From: Octopus bimaculoides
Taxonomy: Eukaryota
Assembly (NCBI RefSeq): GCF_001194135.2
Contig: NC_069001.1
Location: 25,900,762 to 25,964,761, forward strand
Direction: 5' to 3'
DNA length: 64,000 nt
Position numbers and translations under genes: made by a program. The stretch's first letter is position 1. Each line of letters opens with the position of its first letter. This document shows positions 53,169-64,000 of this stretch, piece by piece. The notes under the pieces were generated by a model. The model ran no database searches, was not told the origin of the DNA, and saw only the letters and a list, made by a program, of their open reading frames with translations.

Positions 53169-54264
53169 CAAGATCTACCACAATACAAATGATATGTAGC
53201 GACACAACGGCGTCAGATTTACACCGTCAGCGTTTGTGTATGTAAAGCAAATTACACAAGTCCGAAAATAACGGATATTCGTGTTTGGAATTCCTTTGTT
53301 TCTGTCCTTTACTACATGGGCTGACCTGGCGTTAACCACTACAATGTATGTAGTTGTGTTTGGTGTGTATGTTAGTTTGGCAAAGAAGTGTCTAAACTAA
53401 GATACAAATCGAAAACTCAAGGGAAATATGTTCGTGAACAATTCTTGTATTAGTATCTTTGCTTCTTGTTTCACATTTATGTCTTATAACTATTTATTTA
53501 AGAGGTGACTGAGTAATATAATGTAGAATGAATGAAATAAATTTAAATATCAGTGTCAATTCAATAAAATATAATTCCTCATCAAACATTACGATCATGT
53601 GACAGAACTACACACATGATTAATGTTACAATATTTTTATTGGTGTTGTCTAGAACAAGGTCAGACTCGATTGAGCAGACATCTGATCAAAGGTATTCCA
53701 GCCAGCTGTAACCATTCCAATCCAAGTTGGATAAAGTATTATTCTAGTCGACTACTACTGGAGATGGTTCTAACGATTAAAGCCTACTCCTCACAAACGA
53801 GTTCGCTATTGTCGCTATAATTATTATTAATGTTGATTAATTAAATTCGAAATCAAGACAGATCAATCAATCATTTACTGTCCACAGAGAGGTTAATACG
53901 CACACTTAGCTTTACATTTGTCATAGTGTCTTAACTACACGCAAGAGTGTGCACATATGCTCCTACACTCTTATGTATGCTCACACGCAAACAATATATG
54001 TGTAAACAGTGATGCAGAGGACATGAGATATATCGTGTGAAGCATTTCAAGTTTGTAGTGGGCTGTCAGTTTACGAGGAAAGAATTCACATGAACCATTC
54101 ATCTCTTCGTTATGTTAAGAATATATTTCTGCATTTGTGTGTTTAAGTGTGTTCCATAAATAAATGCTTAACCCTTTGTATTAACCCAAAGCATTGGCAT
54201 GAGCTTGTATTGAGCATCCCTATTTGTTCTAAGAATTTCGCTAAACTTTATAACATATACATTA

Positions 54265-54579
54265 TTTACATTTGACGGATATTTGTCCTCATCTAGTTTG
54301 TTGTTAATACAACGTTTCGGGTAATATACCCTCCAGCCTTCATCCGGTGTCTTGGGGGAAATTTCGAACCCGGGTTCTCATTCCTTTTTACTGTTATTGT
54401 TATTCAGGTCACCTGAACAACAATAATAATAATAATAATAACATCGAAAGATACTTTAGGAATGAGAACCGAGGTTCGAAATTTCCCCAAAACACCTGAT
54501 GAAGGTTGGAGGTTATATATCAGCCGAAACGTTGTGTTAACAACAAACAAGATGAGGACAAATATCCGTCAAATGTAAA
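54265..54579. mobile_element. Inverted pair of PLE-type terminal repeats
   Basis: Arms 54265-54385 and 54458-54579 are reverse complements (~120 bp, mostly matching), separated by a spacer containing (AAT)n. Confidence 0.85.
54491..54538 (+). ncRNA. Minimal type-I hammerhead ribozyme, PLE type
   Basis: AACAC-CUGAUGA-A-GGUUG...CAGCC-GAAA-CG-UU-GUGUU: 5-bp stem I, intact core with an extra A after A9, palindromic AACGUU stem III; predicted cleavage after 54533. Confidence 0.7.
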
Positions 54580-54854
54580 AAAATTAACATAATTCCCCAT
54601 CTCTTAAATATAGAACAGTATTTTATAACATATATTCTGAGTATAGTAAAGCTTTCCTTTTTAAGTATATATTCTAAAACGTACCTTAGATAGAAGCGAA
54701 ACCCTATTTCTTACAATGGGGGAATTTGTGCAAATTGGTAGGCTAGTCTGCAAGAGACAATGAAAGAAAATAGTTGTAGACTGTGGCACACTGATTTATA
54801 CTGGAAAATAATGTTAATAGGTTCAAGTACATGGAGGTTACTCAAACACTTAAT

Positions 54855-55005
54855 ACAGCGTTCAAATTCCGCCGAGGTCGACTTTACCTTTCATCCTTTC
54901 GGGATCGATATATTTAGTACTAGTTCTGTACTGGGGTTGATCTAATCCACTGACCCCCGTCCCACCAAATCTCGGGCCTTGTTCCTAGAGTAGAAAAGAA
55001 TATTA
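54855..55005 (+). mobile_element. Nin/Deu-domain SINE, 5'-truncated
   Basis: GTTCAAATTCCGCCGAGGTCGACTTTACCTTTCATCCTTTCGGGATCGATA...GGGCCTTGTTCCTAGAGTAGAAAAGAATATT. Confidence 0.88.
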
Positions 55006-55104
55006 CATTTGGTTTTTCTGTTGATAGAATAATGGGTTACACGTCATTTGATGAATTTTTATATTTTGAGACACTCGATTATCACTTCCAGTGATTTTGC
55101 GTGT

Positions 55105-55300
55105 TTACTTTTACTTGCTTCAATCATTTAACTGTGACCATGCTGGAGCACCGTCTTTAATCGAACGGATCCATCCCAGGATTTATTCTTTGTAAACGTC
55201 GTACTTATTCTAATAGGTGTCTTTTGCCGAACTGATACGGGTACGTAAACACCAACATTGGTTGTCAAGCAATAGTGAGGAGGGTATAAACACAAACACA
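55105..55300 (-). mobile_element. CORE-like SINE, 3' part
   Basis: TTTTACTTGCTTCAATCATTTAACTGTGACCATGCTGGAGCACCG...GTAAACACCAACATTGGTTGTCAAGC. Confidence 0.82.
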
Positions 55301-55304
55301 CAAT

Positions 55305-55350
<46 letters not shown>

Positions 55351-55751
55351 ATACATACATACGTTAACTTTTCATACTTCCACGTTCCAATCCATATGAT
55401 ATATTCCGATCAAAGTTTTCCACTTAATCGATAGCAAAGAAAATGAAGCTTTCTAAACTATTCGCTCGCTAACTCATCTATACTGTTTATAAAGTTATGT
55501 ATCCATGCTGGACAGTTATACGTAAGACAGTTTGCTTCTATCATCAGATGCTTAATCTTACCCATCAGCACCTAGTGGTATTTGAACTCCTAACAGGAGA
55601 AGCTATAACGGATGCCAGAATACACCCGATTTCTTAACACATCCCAATTGATTCTCTGTTTACTGAAAATATAAGACGTAATACGGATGTTTCAGCAATA
55701 AAAAAAAAAAATCGGCATTTTATCAATTCAAATTTGGTTAAGCCCATATTA

Positions 55752-55950
55752 AAGCGGTGAGCTGGCAAAATCAAAATCATTGGCATCCATGGCGAATAGT
55801 GTAGCGGCATTCTCTTTTACGTTCTGTCTTGTTTTATGTTCTGCTGCCAATGTCGACTTAACCTTTCATTCACGTGTGTTCGAGGTACTGGGTTTCTATT
55901 GTTGACTAGCCTTCATCCCGAAAATGTCAGGCCTTGTGGCTATCATTAAA
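55752..55950 (+). mobile_element. Nin/Deu-domain SINE, degenerate
   Basis: GCGGTGAGCTGGCAAAATC...GTCGACTTAACCTTTCATT...TCAGGCCTTGTGGCT. Confidence 0.7.
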
Positions 55951-56579
55951 AGGATTTTAATCCTATGAAGTAATGCATGTATTTTTGCCAGTTAGCCTTT
56001 ACAGTTTTGACTCACCTATTGATAAAAACGTGCGGGTCTCTGCTTATGCTAAAAAGAACAATATTCGGCCAATGTGCCATAGGGTCGCAGTTATAGGGAC
56101 GAAGACCACGGGTTCAAATTGTGTCTAGTCCCAGAATGGTGTTCATGTTAACGATATCTGAAACAGACAATTGTATATAGTATCGATATCGAATCCTTTT
56201 TATATGTTACAGGTATGTTTCTGCTTGTATTCTATTTTAATACCTTTCGTCTAATAGAAACAGCCCAATTAATACTAGCAATTTGAGCTGCGATGTTTTT
56301 CACTAATGTTAATTTGCCACAAGGGCAAGACGAAGATAACTTTACTATGCAGAATAATTTAATACAATTCTGTTTGATGTCATACACAGAAAAAAATAAT
56401 AAAATACAAATGTATACGTGTGTGTGTGTGTGTGTGTGTATAATTATGTCTGTGACTGAACGAATGTGTACGTGAGAGAATTGTCCCCGAAGACAATACA
56501 AATTTGTAATTATTAATACATGCTGATAAGTGATATTCTAGGATTGCTCCTGTGATATTTTTTACCAGTTCTTTGTATA

Positions 56580-56785
56580 TGGACTTCTTTATTCCCGTTT
56601 TCTTCTTTTTTCGTTCTCTTTATTCTTCATCTTTTCGTTTTCTTCTTCTCCTTCGTTTTCATCTCCCTTCCCTTCTTCGTTTTCTTTTCTGTTTTGTTCT
56701 TATTTTTCGTCCTTATTTTTAGTATCTTATATTCTTTTATCTGTGCTTGCTTTAATATCGCCTTAATTATTATTAGTATTATTAG

Positions 56786-56830
<45 letters not shown>

Positions 56831-57608
56831 CATCATCATCAGTGATGTTATTAGTGCTAATGTTATTGTTTCTCTTATTGTTATATGTACATAACTGCAG
56901 AGCATTTATCATTAATGGGATTTTATCTATCTCCGAATACACTCTCTAATCAAAGAAATTCCGGGCATCTCTGTAGAATCTAATTCCATGAAATCTATTC
57001 TTGAACCACTCATCAAGCGAGCGAGTGTACTGGTCATAATAAGGATAAAGCTATATCAGCACCGACGACAACAACAACTACAAGGAGGATTGAAGAAGTA
57101 ACTAAATACAAAAACACAAATAAATACAAAAATAAGATTAAAAAGAATTAAAAAAAACATTACGAAACAAACGAAGAATGAAGACTATTGTATGAGATAA
57201 TTACGGTTAGTAGCGATATCCATTTATACAGGGAATCTTTGAGACGCAGGCACCAATTTGCATGATATTCCATCGACGCCATCACACTATCATCATCAGC
57301 GTCATCATCAGTAGTAGTAGTAGTAGTGGTAGCGGCAACAGCAGCATTGGTGGCAACATCATAATCATCATAATAGTCAACAGCAACGCTAACGTCGTTG
57401 TTATCGTCATTTTCATCATCATCATCATCATCAATAACAACGTAGTCATCATCGTCGTTGTTATCATCAGCACCATCATCATCATTAGCAACAAAAAGAG
57501 CAACACCCTCATTATCATCATCTTCATCATTTCCATAGTCATTATCACCATCGCATCGTCGTCATAAATCATCTGAGGTATTTGTTTTTGAAAAAAATTC
57601 CATTACAC

Positions 57609-57651
<43 letters not shown>

Positions 57652-57776
57652 TATTATTACTACTGCTACTATTATTTTACTATTTGTTGCATTAGTAATA
57701 CGTTGTAGTAGTCCTTGTATTACTCATTAATTGTTACGGTTAACGTACGGGCATCGATTGGTTTAAATATTCACCA

Positions 57777-57807
<31 letters not shown>

Positions 57808-58260
57808 ATCATCGCCATGATCATCAACAACAGTAGCCGCAGCAGCTGTACCATCATCATTATCGATATTGTTTCCTCTTAGTCATTAACAGCAAGTTTG
57901 GATGCAACAGGAAAAAAAAATGTAGTTTTATAACCTCCGTCTTCGTAATTGTCAATGCCATCGCCGTCGTAGAACATCGTCATCGTCATTTCTTCCATCA
58001 TCATCAACAGCATCCTTTTTTTTTATATATATTTTCTTTACCTCAATGGCACTATAAATACCTTCGTTTCCGAAATAACATACCATCATTATGTTGTATT
58101 TCCCTTCTTCCTCATCATCTGCATCTTCGTCGACAACATCAGCTCCGTCGTCGTCAAGGTCCTGGCGTCGTTGTTGTCGTCAAGGTCCTGGCGTCGTTGT
58201 TGTCGTCATAGACGGTGTTATCATTGATAGCAATTTCTTCCTAATGATTTCTAGCTAAAT
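56580..58260. repeat. Low-complexity domain of cryptic trinucleotide repeats (ATT, ATC, GTC, ACC), with a perfect 26-bp tandem duplication at 58150-58201
   Basis: Directly visible; GTCGTCAAGGTCCTGGCGTCGTTGTT x2. Confidence 0.85.
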
Positions 58261-58819
58261 ATATCAGTCGAATATTAGAAAATATAATTTCACATATCTA
58301 GTCTCACTACAGATATTTTTTTGTACCAGAAGACAGGAGCATAATACAGTAAATATTATGCTCTTCTAACTAAAATAGAACATTAAAAAAATACCTACCA
58401 GAAATCAAATTATCCTAAGCAGATATCGGAATGAAGCTGAATATTCATTTGGCCTCAGGCATCATCTATATCAATTTACGGCATGGAAGCGAAAAGAAAA
58501 AAGAAAAAGTAATAACAATAACAATAAATAAGTAAATATGATATCACAAGTTTTTTCAGTAATCTCTATTAAGCACATTGTTGAATCAATAACGTTAATG
58601 ATTTTTTTTAGAATGGCACAAAGGCCACAGACTTTGTAACGTGGTGCAGTCCGATTAAATTGACCCACTCCCTCCCAGTACTTGACATGATTGACCACCT
58701 CTTGCAAGATGGAGAAAAATCGAATGCGATTTTATAAGAAATCAGGACGTAATGTTATACAATTAAATATGATACAAAGCATTTTGTCTGATTTACTGTT
58801 TCTATTGTCCAACAAACAA

Positions 58820-59046
58820 TAATAATGATAATAATAATCCTTTGTACTATTGGCACAAGCCCTGAAATTTAGTGGGGAGGGACCAGTCGATCTAATTCAC
58901 CCCAGTACGCAACTGGTACTTTATCGTTTCCAAAAGGATGACAGGAAAAATTAACCTTGGCGGAATTTCAACTCAGAACGTAGCGACGGGCGAAATACCG
59001 TTACGCATTTCGTGCAGTGTCCTAACGATTCTGCCAGCTCACCACC
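58820..59046 (-). mobile_element. Full-length Nin/Deu-domain SINE with a TTTCAGGGCTTGTGCC/(ATT)n tail
   Basis: Reverse complement GGTGGTGAGCTGGCAGAATCGTTAGG...CGTAACGGTATTTCG...TTCTGAGTTGAAATTCCGCCAAGGTT...GTACCAGTTGCGTACTGGGG. Confidence 0.9.
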
Positions 59047-59489
59047 TTAATAATAATAATAATAATAATAATATTGAACCGTTCTATTACAGGCACGTGG
59101 CCTGAATTCATTTACTGGCGCATGGATTGCAGCGATCATAATGCTCAACTCATACTTATTTCCTCGACCCCGAAATGGAGACAGGAAATATCAACTTGAG
59201 TGGAATAAGAAATCGGAATGCAAGTATGGGCAAAATACTTCTAAGCATTTTCTCGGCAGGCTAATGGTTGTATTAGGTGACCAGCTTCATGATGATGATA
59301 GTAATAGCGATAATAATTAATATTATATAGTTGCCAGTTTGGCATCGAAATAGAGGAAAACAGCTTACGTGGAATGCAAAACATACCATAGAAACATTAT
59401 ACGGCGTCAATAAAACTGATAATTGTGTAAAGGAAAACTTAGAGGAAAGGAACACGTACGCACACAAAGCGAAACAGCATTGAAGGATT

Positions 59490-60390
59490 AAAAAAAAATG
59501 TACGATCAGTTTGCAAGAGATACGAACGCCAAGATACGCAGAAGACCGATGATTATGGATGAGTATTGACCTAAAGACAGAGAGAGAAGCACGTATATGT
59601 GCAGCAGAAGAACGGTCGCTAAAGACTAACTATGTGAAATGCAGAGCCAACAACGTTACTGACTGCGAAAAATGCAGGATGTGTGGTGAGAGGGGTGAAA
59701 CGTTGGGGGACTTCGTTACCGACTGCCCGGAATTGGCACAACGTGAATACGAAAGACGAAATGATAATGTGGCAAGAATGATCCATTGGGAGCCCAGTAG
59801 AAATCACGGCCTAAAAAGGGCATAGTCGTGGTATGAGGAAGCCCACAGAAGGGGTCACCGACAGTGAAGACTGCAAAATTCTCTGGGATGCAATGATTCA
59901 GTGCGATCACCTGACCGGACATCGGAAACCGTTCGTTATTGTGGTGAATAAGAGAGACACAATCTCGTATGATAATCGATGTAGTACGTCCCTGCTGACA
60001 GCAGAATCAAAGAGAAAGAAGTAGAAAAACAGAACAGCTATGACGGCCTGGTGTGAGAAATACGAAGGTGGCGGTCAATGAAGTGAGTAGACCTGATACG
60101 AATTGAAATTGGCGGATTTGAATGCATCAGCTTTCAAGTATCAACATGGTAAAAAAACAAAACCAAAAAAAAAACAGGTTCATATGTAAAGATAGAACAC
60201 GTACAAAAATCAGCATTACTTGGAACTGCAAAAATTCTACGCAGGGTTCTTGGAGGATGACCAATAAACAAGTGTTATTTTAGTCTACTGGCTCTGGACG
60301 TCTGACACTTACCATCATCAGCAAAATAAGGTGCGTGTTTTCATTGAATAATAAGGATAATAATAATAATAATAATGATAATAATAAATT
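59490..60390 (+). mobile_element. R4/Dong-type REL non-LTR retrotransposon 3' fragment with a (TAA)n tail
   Basis: LKTEREARICAAEERSLKTNY, CRMCGERGETLGDFVTDCPELAQREYERRND (decayed zinc knuckle), KILWD..IQCDH..GHRKP, and QKSALLGTAKILRRVL; tail (AAT)n at ~60352-60388. Confidence 0.9.
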
Positions 60391-60574
60391 ATTATTATAG
60401 TCCTTTCTAATATAGACACAAGGCCTGAAATTTTGGGGAGGGATTAAATCGATTATATCGCCCCCCTATCCCCCAGTGTTCCATGGGTGCTTAAAGTATC
60501 TACCTCGATAAGATGAAAGGCAAAGTTGACCTCGGCGGAATTTGAACTCAAAACGTAAAGACGAACGAAATAAC
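60390..60574 (-). mobile_element. Nin/Deu-domain SINE body, separated from its head at 62218-62264
   Basis: The reverse complement begins GTTATTTCGTTCGTCTTTACGTTTTGAGTTCAAATTCCGCCGAGGTCAACTTTGCCTTTCATC. Confidence 0.9.
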
Positions 60575-62217
60575 GATTTCTTTATGAGGCATAAAGCCCT
60601 AAACATAGATAGGGACACCAGAATGACAGACAAGACCACAGTAGGGACCAAACACATAAAACGAATGTAAATTAAATGAAAGTTATATAAAAATGAAAAT
60701 GGACGCATGGGCCCCACTCTCATGCAGTACCATTTGAACCGTTATATGTACTATTTACAATTCCTTTTTTTTTTTCATTTAATTTCATACTTGTTCTTTA
60801 GTAGAACTTCATTAGAGGTTCGATATCTCTTAAATCCACCAATGGTGGCAACTCTTTGAATTCCAGCTCCACTCCTGGCGGCTCAATGCTATCTGCACAC
60901 ATCGCTATCAATTTTCTGTAGTTTTCCTCTTCTATCAATATTGCCTTCATATCCTCTGCGTATGAAGGCACCTTCACTCTTACTATTGAATGAAACTTGA
61001 TTATCTTTTTCTCTGTTTCAACATTTTTCGGGTACGTCACATAATACCATACTCCTTCTCCTCCTCGTATCTTCTTTCCTTTCTCTTGGACTTTTGGTTC
61101 TATTTTCTCTTCCTCTATAAATAGTTTCTCCATCTCACCTTCATACAGTTGGGTTTCCGACACTTTTTCCACTTGTAAGTTCACTTTCTTTTTACTTTAT
61201 TTTTCCTTCCTACTGCCCTCCTTCGCAGTTTCTTTTCTCACCTCTTCTCTCTTCTTTTTCTGCAACTCTAGCGGGGAACTCATTCTTCCGCCCCTCCTTG
61301 TTTTCTTTTTAACTATAGTGAATCCCTTCTCCGTTTCTTTTTTTGTCGCCTTGTCCTGTACTGCTTGGTCCACAAACTCATGTCTCTCCTTCTGTTCTGT
61401 TAGTGGTTTTCTTTGGTGCACTATGCCTTCATGTGGCCTCTCTCTCCAAATGAGAAACATACTGGTGGCCTACCCTCCACAATGACTCTCAGCTTCACAT
61501 TTTCTGGCAGCACAATCTCATCCACCACACTATTCAAGTCCTCCGTTGTTGCCTGAATCGTTAGTTCGATACCATATCCCCAGTAGTTTACCTTCTGGGT
61601 CCTTGTGGCCTTCATAATCTTCCCGTCTTTCATATTATACGTTTTGGCTGTCATCAGCCATTCTTCATTTAATTCGGGTGCCACCTTACCCACTCGCACC
61701 TTGGCCACACGTTTGCCGCAGTACGAAGGCAAGAACACCCATTCCTCTGTCCTTATTGCCTCTGTGGAGTGCTTCATTGCTTCCTCCTCCCTTGTGAAGC
61801 GCACCTCCACAGTGGCGTATCTCCTCCCTCTCGTAACGTATGTTGTAACTCTTTACAATTCCTTTATACAATCTTCTATGGCTTCTATCGGCGCAATCTC
61901 TATTTTCCTCGTGGCTGTCTTCATGGTTTTAAATGTTATCGTTCCTTTTAACACGTTGGCCGATAACTCTTCCGGTGGCGTTAGCTTCAGTATGTTACCT
62001 TCCTTAGTGATTAGTTTTTCACTCTCCTTCATCTTTCTGGGCTCCACTTTTATTTCTCGGACTTTTTACTCTTGCACGTCTACTCGTTGCGGCCGCATAA
62101 CTGGGGCCTGCCTCCGGCGCCTTCTTCATTTTCCCACAATGGGAAACAAAAAAACAATTAAAACAATGGCAACAATTCAATAAACAGTTCAACATAAACT
62201 CATGTGTTAATTTCACA
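60575..62217 (-). mobile_element. ORF1-only non-LTR element (L1/Tx1-like gag ORF1), inserted in a SINE
   Basis: 1643-nt insert; broken ORF from ATG 62129 to stop 60798 (MKKAPEAGPSYAAA...VEVRF..EEEA..HST...VRVGKV...VIVEGRPPVCFSFGERGHMKA*C, i.e. CX2CX4HX4C spacing with C>F). No APE or RT sequence before the 3' end. Confidence 0.7.
60798..62129 (-). pseudogene. Disrupted gag-like ORF1 (about 440 aa if repaired)
   Basis: Five successive minus-strand ORF-track segments (62019-62216, 61853-62047, 61421-61810, 61197-61460, 60798-61184) join through frameshifts and stops. Confidence 0.7.
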
Positions 62218-62264
62218 GCTAAGCAGTTCGCCCGGCGTGTTAACGATTCTGCCAGCTCACCACC
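62218..62264 (-). mobile_element. Nin/Deu SINE tRNA-like head, the 5' part of the split SINE
   Basis: Reverse complement GGTGGTGAGCTGGCAGAATCGTTAACACGCCGGGCGAACTGCTTAGC. Confidence 0.9.
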
Positions 62265-63200
62265 ATAATAATAATAATGCGGAAGAAAGAAGAGTTTCTG
62301 ATATTAAAGTTTGTAATAATAAAGATCAATGCGATAGAAAGAACGTGATTAAGCGACTGCATTAAAATCATTATATGACGTACCTTATATTGTGGACAGT
62401 AAAAGAATGCAGTGCAAGTTTGACGGTAGTGAATAAATGTTTTCTGTCATAGGTATAAGGACTGAAATATTCGAGTTGGGATTTACGTTACTCGATTTGA
62501 TAAACACCAGTCACCGACTGTTTTTTGCTTTGTCGGCCCGAGATAGTGACAGTCAAATAAAGCTGATGTAATTGACTCAACTGCTTAGCACAAATTTCTG
62601 CCTTTGGATATAATTATTATTGCTAGATTTATGTATGAATGTCTTAACCTAAATTGAGTCATCCAAGACAAAATGGGTAGCAAAGATCATTTCTGTAGTG
62701 GTTGAAGACATATTGAACAATCGAACATTTTCATCAGGGACTCCCATCACTCCTTTTTCAGCTGTCTTGAGTGCAGCCTATTTCAATGCAAAATTGCAAC
62801 TACACATTTGACCTATGAGCAACTATCCATGGGCATTGAGCTCGATATTAGTTGCTAGGTTACAGTGTCAGGAGAAACGAATGATGTCGGTTTAATAATG
62901 TGGAGCTCTATGGAAGTATAACTAAACGGTACCATAATAAAGAGATACTTGATGCCACCATCAGCATGTCTAAACCAAGATAATTTTATAGACTTCCAAC
63001 TCGATATACTGAAGGATAATTCTGTGCAGGTCAATCAATGTTTCTTAACTGAAGATTCGATTAATATCTCTTGAGAGATGTAAGCGCTAATTGCCTCACT
63101 CGAAGGTCAAGCAGAATTGACTAACGCCTACATCGTTCCTGTTTCAGTGTATTGAGTGGAAGTTGTCCTTTGCTCCGTCTCAAGCAAGTTCGAGATTGGG

Positions 63201-63321
63201 GCGAGTGTTATTTATATTTTTATGTTTTGCGAATGTTATTTATATATTTACGTTTTGCGAGTGTTATTTATATATTTGTTTTGCGAGTGTTATTTATATA
63301 TTTATGTTTTGCGAGTGTTAT
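63201..63321. repeat. 28-bp minisatellite, ~4.4 copies
   Basis: GCGAGTGTTATTTATATATTTATGTTTT-like units start at 63201, 63229, 63257, 63283 and 63311. Confidence 0.95.
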
Positions 63322-64000
63322 AGAATTATGCTTTTTTCTAGAACTTTCGCGATTTAAATGTTTTAAAACCACTATGTGGTGGGCTTTGTATGTCATCGCT
63401 GAAGATGGGCAACCTGCTACAGCGACTGAAGCATAAACTTTCATTGGCGATTGGCGCATGCAGTTACTGATTACTTGACATATTTTTTTATATTCCTCTC
63501 TCAGATCGAACTGTAATCCTGGGTCAAATGCTGACCGAAATTAAATTGGTGTGGGTGGAATGTTAGCAGGGCTTCTTAACTCCCTGTTATTTGTGTCAAA
63601 GCGCTTGGTTAGTACTACTACTTACACTGATATGATGTTTAGTGGCGAGTATAAGTGAATGTTTTCTCTTGTCGACACGAGACTTCAATAAGGAGGCTCT
63701 TAACTCTTTCTTTGTTATGGAGTATAGAAGTAATGTATTCTGTTACTTTTATGCCTTCGCTGTTTCCTGGTTCGGAGTCATTCATATTATGCAACAAGTT
63801 TAGAAGGGAGAATCTACAATTTCAGTTTTTAATTTGGCATCGCCTTTTCATTGTCTACATTCATTTGTTCAGCTGTTTTTAGTTATGGTTCATGGGGGTT
63901 GTACATACAATAGATTTTTCATTGGATTTTGTCGGGCCATGTGTAGCTTGGATTTTTTTTTTTCACATTTACAGCCTCTATTAAATAAACGTTTGCTTTA

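Noticed and set aside
54163-54185. TTAACCCTTT piggyBac-like end (a similar TAACCCTTT lies at ~6670)
   Set aside because: No matching opposite terminus or transposase remnant was found.
57262-57572. Poly-Ile and poly-Met ORFs resembling membrane or metal-binding proteins
   Set aside because: Both strands of an (ATC)n low-complexity tract; no splice or codon evidence.
61605-62183. 192-aa plus-strand ORF, the longest non-repeat ORF in the track
   Set aside because: It is the antisense shadow of the purine-rich gag-like ORF1 and has no recognisable motifs.
63201-63321. CRISPR-like array
   Set aside because: The units are directly adjacent with no unique spacers, there are no cas genes, and the context is eukaryotic.

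Overview
AT-rich, microsatellite-dense animal genomic DNA with five assembly gaps. The SINE families and repeat landscape suggest an octopus (inference). I found no supportable intact host gene. The window is mostly decayed transposons: Tc1/mariner remnants, Penelope-like element (PLE) fragments with hammerhead-ribozyme-like cores, three R4/Dong-type REL non-LTR pieces (one near full length, ~33.0-36.9 kb), a CR1/L2-type LINE fragment, and many tRNA-derived SINEs of at least three families. Most unusual: (1) a 1.64-kb ORF1-only L1/Tx1-like element inserted exactly inside a SINE head, with a 3' end resembling the tail of a SINE subfamily in this window; (2) a very AT-rich island at 17.4-20.1 kb with a decayed, internally duplicated TPR-like frame, a 25-bp hairpin carrying two E-boxes and a triplicated coding-like module; (3) minimal hammerhead ribozymes, one in an inverted pair. 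All translations, alignments and family calls were made by eye, without database searches.
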